Below, in pieces: positions 57,881 to 64,000 of a stretch of 64,000 nucleotides of DNA. The notes under the pieces are model-generated. The model was not told where the DNA came from, searched no databases, and was given only the letters and a program-made list of their open reading frames with translations. Numbering within the stretch: the first letter of the stretch is position 1; each line of letters begins with the position of its first letter. The position numbers and the translations under genes were made by a program. The DNA is from Vicinamibacteria bacterium (lineage in GTDB: Bacteria > Acidobacteriota > Vicinamibacteria > Marinacidobacterales > Marinacidobacteraceae): NCBI GenBank assembly GCA_963555995.3, contig OY821641.1:1504001-1568000 (forward strand), written 5' to 3'.

Positions 57881-60121
57881 ATGAACCCTGCCGCAGAACC
57901 GCGCATGCCGGAACGGGAGACCGCCGGAAACGGCCGGTTCGAGGCCCGGGTTGTCGGGATGCACTGCGCCGGCTGCGTGGCGAGCATCGAAAAGGCGGTC
58001 GGGGACCTTCCGGGGGTCGAGCGGGCGGAGGTGAGCCTGCTCACCGGCGACCTTTCGGTGAGCCTCGCGGACACGGGACCGGTGAACTCCGGCCTCGCGG
58101 CGGACATCGCGGGGGCGGTCGAATCCGCCGGTCCGTATTGCGTCGAGACGGCCTCGCCGGCCGCCGCCGCGGAGCCCGGGGAGTCCGCCGCCGGCTCCCG
58201 CTGGCGGGACGGATTCCTTCCCGTTGCCGGAGCCCTGGCGCTCGCCGGCGCGGCGATGGGGGTTGCGATGAGCGGCTTCGGGGCGTCCACGGCCGGGCGC
58301 TACGCCCAGTTCGCGCTGGCGACCCCCGTTTGCCTGTTCTTCGGGTGGGCCTTCGTCAAGGCGCTCGGGAGCTCGCTCCGCAACGGGACGTTCGGCATGG
58401 ACAGCCTGATCGGGCTGGGCGCCGGGGCCGCCTACGCCTCCTCCGTGGTGGCGCTGGCGGCTGGCGGGACGGAGATGCTGTTCTTCGATACCGCCGCGCT
58501 CATCGTCGCCATCGTCCGGCTCGGCCGCTGGCTCGAGGACCGCGCCCGGGGCCGGGCAACCGACGCGCTCACCGAGCTGCTGGCCTTGGCTCCCGACCGG
58601 GCGCGCGTGGTGCGGGACGGCGTCGAGCGCCTCGTGCCGGTGGCGGAAGTGCGCCGGGGCGAGCACATTCGCGTGAGCCCAGGAGAGCGGGCGCCGCTCG
58701 ACGGAAGGATCGTGCGGGGCGGGGCGGCGATGGACGAGTCGCTCCTGACCGGGGAGAGCGTCCCCGTCGAACGGACCGTCTCGGACCGGGTCGTCGCAGG
58801 GGCGCTGAACCTCACCGGAGCCGCCGAGATCGAAGTGACCCGTCCCGCCGCCGACAGCACGGTGTCCCGGATCGCCGCGGCCGTCCGGAAGGCGCAGACG
58901 GAGAAGATTCCCATCCAGCGAACCGCGGACCGGGTGGCGGGGGTCTTCGTCCCCGCCGTCATGGCGGCGGCCGTCCTGACCATCGCCGCCTGGCTGCTGG
59001 CGGAAGGCGCGCTCGATTTCGCGCTGGCCCGCGGGGTGGCGGTGCTGGTGGTGGCCTGTCCCTGCGCCATCGGGCTCGCGGCGCCGATCGCGGTGCTGGT
59101 GGCCACCGGGCGCAGCGCCCGGCAGGGAATCCTGTTCCGCTCCGGCGGGGCGCTGGAGGCGCTGGCGGCGGTGCGCGCGGTCGCGCTGGACAAGACCGGA
59201 ACCGTGACCACCGGGACACCCGTGGTCGTGGCGGCGGAACCCGGGCCGGCCTGGACGCGCGAGGAGCTGCTCCGGTTCGCGGCCTCGGCGGAACAGGGGT
59301 CCGAACATCCGCTCGGCGTGGCGCTCGTCGCGCATGCCCGCGGAAAAGCGATGGACCTCCGGATACCGGAACGCTTCGAGGCGCTCCCGGGACGCGGCGT
59401 CACGGCCACGTTCAGCGGAGGGACCAGCGCATGGGTGGGCAGCGAGCGTCTGCTCCGAGAGCGGGGGCTGGCGGTACCCGAGGATCCCGCCGGGAGCGGC
59501 GCCTCCGGCTGGCTGCGGGTGGTTTCGGAATCGGACGGCCGGACCGAGTTCGCCGGGAGCATCGGGTTCCGCGACCGGCCGCGCCCGGAAGCGGCGGACC
59601 TGGTCCGGAGACTGGACGACGACGGGCTGGCGGTTTCCCTGGTCTCGGGCGACGAGGCTGCGGCCGTCGCGGCGACCGGTTCGGAGATCGGCGTCCAGAA
59701 CGTCGAGGGCGGCCTCCTCCCGGACGAGAAGCTCTCCGCCGTGGACCGTCTGCGGGAACGCTACGGCCAGGTAGCGATGGTCGGCGACGGGATCAACGAC
59801 GCTCCGGCGCTCGCCCGCGCCGACGTGGGAATCGCGCTCGCCCAGGGCGCCGAGATCGCGCGGGAGGCCGCCGGGGTGACCCTGATGCGCCCGGACCTCC
59901 GCCTGGTGAGCGTCGCGGTGCGCCTCGCGCGCCGTTCGCTCCGCATCATCCGGCAGAACCTGTTCTGGGCCTTCATCTACAACGTGGCGGCCCTGCCGCT
60001 CGCCGCGGGGGTCCTCTATCCGACGACCGGCCTGCTGCTGCCGCCGGAAGCGGCCGCCGCCGCCATGGCGCTCTCCTCGCTCACCGTGGTCGGCAACGCC
60101 CTGCGGCTCAGGATCGGATAG
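57881..60121 (+). CDS. copA: P1B-type heavy-metal (Cu+) translocating ATPase
   Basis: GMHCAGC HMA domain, TGES, CPC, DKTGT, SEHP, GDGINDAP, YN and MALSS motifs. Confidence 0.9.
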   Translation: MNPAAEPRMPERETAGNGRFEARVVGMHCAGCVASIEKAVGDLPGVERAEVSLLTGDLSVSLADTGPVNSGLAADIAGAVESAGPYCVETASPAAAAEPGESAAGSRWRDGFLPVAGALALAGAAMGVAMSGFGASTAGRYAQFALATPVCLFFGWAFVKALGSSLRNGTFGMDSLIGLGAGAAYASSVVALAAGGTEMLFFDTAALIVAIVRLGRWLEDRARGRATDALTELLALAPDRARVVRDGVERLVPVAEVRRGEHIRVSPGERAPLDGRIVRGGAAMDESLLTGESVPVERTVSDRVVAGALNLTGAAEIEVTRPAADSTVSRIAAAVRKAQTEKIPIQRTADRVAGVFVPAVMAAAVLTIAAWLLAEGALDFALARGVAVLVVACPCAIGLAAPIAVLVATGRSARQGILFRSGGALEALAAVRAVALDKTGTVTTGTPVVVAAEPGPAWTREELLRFAASAEQGSEHPLGVALVAHARGKAMDLRIPERFEALPGRGVTATFSGGTSAWVGSERLLRERGLAVPEDPAGSGASGWLRVVSESDGRTEFAGSIGFRDRPRPEAADLVRRLDDDGLAVSLVSGDEAAAVAATGSEIGVQNVEGGLLPDEKLSAVDRLRERYGQVAMVGDGINDAPALARADVGIALAQGAEIAREAAGVTLMRPDLRLVSVAVRLARRSLRIIRQNLFWAFIYNVAALPLAAGVLYPTTGLLLPPEAAAAAMALSSLTVVGNALRLRIG

Positions 60122-60254
60122 GGCGCCCCTGCTGAGCCTCACGGCGCGCCGGCTGGGACCGCCGGTCTGGAGGCCTCCCGGGAGAACTGGTCGGCGCTCC
60201 AGGCCGTTGCGACACCTGGGTTGTTGAACTTCGGGCCGAGGCGGGAGTCATCCT

Positions 60255-60330
60255 TTCCGGGTGGGGTCGGGACGTGCGCGGTGCGGAGCACCGCGCGTGC
60301 CGGTCTGGAGACCGGCGTTCCAAGCCGTAC
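60255..60330 (-). repeat. REP-like copy (family 2)
   Basis: Reverse complement of the 57485-57540 arm, including the GCGCGGTGCTCCGCA extension; degenerate partner at about 60150-60205. Confidence 0.7.
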
Positions 60331-60391
60331 GCGCCTTCCCCGCGGTCAGCGCCGCGCGCCCCGCTACCTGCGCGCGCGCCGGTAAACCGCG

Positions 60392-63316
60392 CTAGCGCCG
60401 GGGCGGGCGCCGGCCGCGGGACCGGGAGCGGGCTCGGTCCCGCCCCTCCTCGAGCGACGGCGCCCGGGCAATGACCTTCCGGGCGAGCCCGTCAATCCGC
60501 TTCAGGGTCTCGGTCGCCGGCCCGGACAGTGCCGGCCCGGCGGCGCGCGCGCGCTCGAGGATCCGGGTCGCGGCCTGCGCGTCTTCCCGAAGGGCGGCGC
60601 CGCGATCGGCGGCTCGTCCCGCCAGCAGGGTGCGCTGCAGGTGCTCCGCGAAGTGGGCCACCCCGCCTTCCGACGAAACGGGAGCGCGGGGTTGCGCCAG
60701 CGATTCCATTTCTTCGAGCAGTTCCGCAAGCCGCGAGGCGAGTCGTTCCTGATCGAGGCGCGTCCCCGCGAAGGCGTCGGGATCCTGTTCGAGGGCCTCC
60801 CGGAGGCAACCGAAGAGGGCGCTCTCGGTTTCGCGGGCGAGGCGGTCCGTCGAGTGGCAGGCGCGCCGGTACTCGTCCCAGAGCGAGACGGCGGCGTCAG
60901 GCCGCGCTTCGGCTGGTTGGGCGGCGAGTTCCGCGATGCGGGTGCGGAGGCCGGCGTCGGCCTCGCTTCGCGGACTGGTTTCGGGAGGGCCGGCGTCGGA
61001 CTTCGCGTCCCGCGCCGCTTCCCGAAAGCGGTCGCGGGCCGCGTCGCAGGCGCCCCGGAAGTCCTCCCAGAGGCGGTCGCCCTCCTTGCGGGGGACGGGT
61101 GGCGACTCCTTCCACGCGCGCATCAGGTCGCGAACCGCGTTCCGCACGGTCTCGGCATCGGCCTCGTCGAAGAGCGCCTTCGCGCGGGCGATCAGGTCCT
61201 CGCGGATCGGGATGTTGGCGGCGAACTCCTCGTAGCGCTGTTTCCTCAGCGCCTTGAGTTCGGTGAAATACCGGTCGTTCGCGGCGCGGAACCGCTTCCA
61301 GAGCCGCTCCGAGCGTTTGCCCATGCCCTTGGCGCGCTCGCGCCACGCGGGCATCAGCGAGCGCATCTCGGCGGCCCGCCGGGGGTCGGCGCCCTCGGCG
61401 ATCTCCTCCGCCTTCTCGACGAGCGCGCGAAGTCCCCCCAGCTTCTCGTTGAGCTCGCGCTCGGCGGCTTCCCTGAGGGGGCCGATCCGTTCGAGGATCG
61501 CTTCCCGTACCTTGCCCCACTCTTCCCAGAGTTCCTGACCCCGGTCGCGCCCCGTGTGCCGGGCCTGGTGCCAGGCGCGTTCGAGAACGGCGAGTTCGCG
61601 GTCCACCCGCTCAAGGTCCTCGACCTCGGCGAGCGCCCGCGCCCGGCGGATGAGTTCCGCCTGCTCTTCGAGGTTGGACCAGTGACGCCACTCGCGAAGT
61701 TCCCGGGCCTCCCGCAGCCTCGGCATGAGCGCGGCCTGGAGGCGCTGGAAACGGGTCTGCCGTTCCGGCCCCACGCGGCGCCAGACCGAGGCGTCGTTTC
61801 TCAGCGCCCCGAGTTCACGAAGGGCGGACTCCCCCGCTTCGAGCGGAAACGGGTCCGACGATTCGAGCGAGGCGAGCCGTTCCTCGAGTCCGGTGATCCG
61901 TTCCTCGGACTTGCGGACCTGCTCCTCGCGTGCCGACTCGGCGGCGCTGAGCGCCTGCTCTGCCTGTTGGGCGGCGGTCTGGAACCGCGCGGCGTCGGGC
62001 GTCTCGGATGGCTCCAGGCGATCGAAGCGGCGCGCCAACCGCGAGAGTTCCCGGCGGGCCTGGGCAATCTCGGGGCCGGAGGATCGTTCGCCGAGGGACT
62101 TGGCGAGGGCCACCGCGTGATCCGCCAGTTCGGCGACCTGGAACTCCCGGATGCGAGCCTTCTTCCGCTCGAGCGCCCGTTCCTTCGCGCCCTCCGCAGC
62201 GGCGCGCAGCCGGGCGCCGCCCACCTCGGCGCCCGCCGTCCCCTCGAGCAGCTTCCGGCACTCCCGCTCGGCTGCTTCCACGTCGGCCAGGCTCAGGACG
62301 GCTTCGGCATCCTCCAGCCGGGTGAGGATCTCTCCGGCCGCCGGCGGCGGATCCGGCAGGGGCGCGGCCGGCTCGGCCGGCGCGCGCTCCCCGTCGTCCG
62401 ACCGGGCATCTTCCTCGGGAAAGGCGAGGCGAACCGCACTCTCGCCGCGAGATCCTCCGCCCGCGAGACTCCCCCGCAGTTCACCGAGCCGCGCGGTGAG
62501 TTCGTCCGCCACCGGGCCGGAGGCGATCACGGCGTCGGCCTCCGCGAGCAGGCTCGCGCTCTGCGCCGGGGTGGCCGGATCCGCGGCGGCAAGGCGATCG
62601 AGCAGGCCACCGAGCGTCTTCTCCCGCAACTGCACCCGCTCCGGATGGTCCGGAGGCAGCCGTTCCTCGGCCCGGCGCCGGGCCAGCCGGCGCACGCTCT
62701 TCGAGTTGCTCCCGGTTGCCGCGGTGAGCAGCAGTTCCGGATCCTCGAGCCGGCGGACCGCGGCCTGGGCGCTCTCGCGGTCTTCCGCCGACACCGCCAC
62801 CTGCAGGAGGCCGGGCGGACTGGAGATGGCCTCGAGGGCGTGGCTTCGAAGCGCGGGTTCCGCGGCCCGTCCGGCCACCGTCGCGAGGGCCGCATCGCGA
62901 CCGACCGCTGCCGCGGGAACGGCGGTCAGGCGCGTGAGCGCCTCGGTGCGAATCGCCTCGAAATGGGCCCGGCATGCCACCTCGGCGACCGCGCGCAGCG
63001 GGACGAGGAGCCCGAGCGCTCGCCGCGACTCGTCCTCGTCCCGGTCGTCGGCGGCGATCTTGACCAGGAGCGCCTCGCCTCGGGAACGGGCCAGCCGGCG
63101 GGCGGCTTCGTCGCCGGCGCTGTCCGTCAGTTCGAGCAGCACCCGAGGCGCTTCGAGGCGCCGCACCGCCTCCTTGCGCACACGGGCATCGGGATCGGAG
63201 CGGGCGAGACCCGCGAGGGTCCCGGTGTCTTCGGGAGGGTGTTTCTGCACCGCCTTGAGGCGTACAGCGGCGTCGCGGCTCTTGATGGGGGAGGCGAATC
63301 GTTCGAGAACGGACAT
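60392..63316 (-). CDS. DUF349-repeat helical protein with HEAT-like N-terminus
   Basis: Repeated LW..F..A.D, W...N...EL..RA motifs; N-terminal DPDARVR.EAVRRL repeats. Confidence 0.75.
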   Translation of the reverse strand: MSVLERFASPIKSRDAAVRLKAVQKHPPEDTGTLAGLARSDPDARVRKEAVRRLEAPRVLLELTDSAGDEAARRLARSRGEALLVKIAADDRDEDESRRALGLLVPLRAVAEVACRAHFEAIRTEALTRLTAVPAAAVGRDAALATVAGRAAEPALRSHALEAISSPPGLLQVAVSAEDRESAQAAVRRLEDPELLLTAATGSNSKSVRRLARRRAEERLPPDHPERVQLREKTLGGLLDRLAAADPATPAQSASLLAEADAVIASGPVADELTARLGELRGSLAGGGSRGESAVRLAFPEEDARSDDGERAPAEPAAPLPDPPPAAGEILTRLEDAEAVLSLADVEAAERECRKLLEGTAGAEVGGARLRAAAEGAKERALERKKARIREFQVAELADHAVALAKSLGERSSGPEIAQARRELSRLARRFDRLEPSETPDAARFQTAAQQAEQALSAAESAREEQVRKSEERITGLEERLASLESSDPFPLEAGESALRELGALRNDASVWRRVGPERQTRFQRLQAALMPRLREARELREWRHWSNLEEQAELIRRARALAEVEDLERVDRELAVLERAWHQARHTGRDRGQELWEEWGKVREAILERIGPLREAAERELNEKLGGLRALVEKAEEIAEGADPRRAAEMRSLMPAWRERAKGMGKRSERLWKRFRAANDRYFTELKALRKQRYEEFAANIPIREDLIARAKALFDEADAETVRNAVRDLMRAWKESPPVPRKEGDRLWEDFRGACDAARDRFREAARDAKSDAGPPETSPRSEADAGLRTRIAELAAQPAEARPDAAVSLWDEYRRACHSTDRLARETESALFGCLREALEQDPDAFAGTRLDQERLASRLAELLEEMESLAQPRAPVSSEGGVAHFAEHLQRTLLAGRAADRGAALREDAQAATRILERARAAGPALSGPATETLKRIDGLARKVIARAPSLEEGRDRARSRSRGRRPPRR

Positions 63317-63477
63317 GTGAGGTCTCGGGAGGCGCGAAAATATAGAGGCTTGGACGCGCAAACGTCAGAAGCGGGTCGCCGAGCCCGGAAGTTCGAGCCT
63401 GAAACGGGGGATGCAGGGGCGAGGAGCGCCGGGGAGTTTCGGCATGCGGCCGGCGTGCGGAAAGTAGGCTTCGCCCC

Positions 63478-64000
63478 TTGAAGACCCGCCCGGAGACTTC
63501 CTCGTTCACCTGGCCGGGCGCGGTGCTGGGCACGGTGATCGCGCTCGGGTTGCTCGACCAGCAGGTGATCACGCCGCTGATCGCGGCCCTCGCGGGAGGC
63601 CTCCGGGTGGGAGTTGCCGAGATCGGCCTCGCCATTTCCGCCTACTCCTTTGCGGCCGCCCTGGCGGCCCTGGTCATGGGCCCGCTCTCGGACACCCGCG
63701 GGCGCCGCCCCTACCTGCTCCTCGGGGCCGTGCTGATGCTGGCGTCCGCCGGCGTGATCTCCCTGACGCCCCACTACGCCGGGTTCCTGCTGGCGCGGCT
63801 CGCCGCCGGATTCGCCGGCGGCACGATCGCGGCGATCGCCGTCGCCTGGATCGCCGACCTGGTGCCCTACCGGCGGCGCGGCAGGGTCATGTCCTTTCTC
63901 ATGGGGGGAGCGATGGGGGCCGCGATTCTGGGACAGGTCGGTGCGGCCTTCGCCGCCGGCCGTTTCGGACACCAGGTCGTCTATGGGGCGATCGCGATCC
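63478..64000 (+). CDS. MFS transporter (partial, runs off window)
   Basis: Manual translation GPLSDTRGRRP (motif A), ARLAAG, IADLVP..RRGRVM; start uncertain. Confidence 0.85.
   Translation, partial: MKTRPETSSFTWPGAVLGTVIALGLLDQQVITPLIAALAGGLRVGVAEIGLAISAYSFAAALAALVMGPLSDTRGRRPYLLLGAVLMLASAGVISLTPHYAGFLLARLAAGFAGGTIAAIAVAWIADLVPYRRRGRVMSFLMGGAMGAAILGQVGAAFAAGRFGHQVVYGAIAI

Overview
GC-rich (roughly 70% by eye) bacterial chromosomal window made mostly of housekeeping genes. Gene order and content suggest a diderm, probably Acidobacteriota-like organism (inference only). Main contents: nnr/ocd/tatA; ppiD-STAS-moeA-moaC-larE-MBL; mreBCD-mrdA-rodA-rng-rsbW-suhB; two paralogous outer-membrane beta-barrels divergent from degP; a Na/Pi symporter and an orphan GspE/PilB ATPase; tRNA-Val-thrS-infC-rpmI-rplT-zapB-like-zapA-thiL; gatCA; aguA-nhaC-aguB-yhhQ; tRNA-Gly-bactofilin-ald-lipoate ligase-grpE-dnaJ-rsmE-kinase-recX-alaS; manC-manB; pgsA; def-fmt-GDPD-rsmB-PASTA-rpe-bamD; DUF3500; copA; DUF349; a partial MFS gene. 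No CRISPR array, prophage or transposase is visible. The most striking unexplained signal is a family of ~181-bp TA-flanked palindromic elements: 5 full or composite copies, 1 copy with the same core but different termini, and 2 solo ends. Their long rod-like fold is kept by compensatory substitutions, three of them complete stop codons, and several ends form extended -10 promoter motifs. A second REP-like repeat family, a lipoprotein-type agmatine deiminase operon and sigma54/ECF promoter motifs are also notable.
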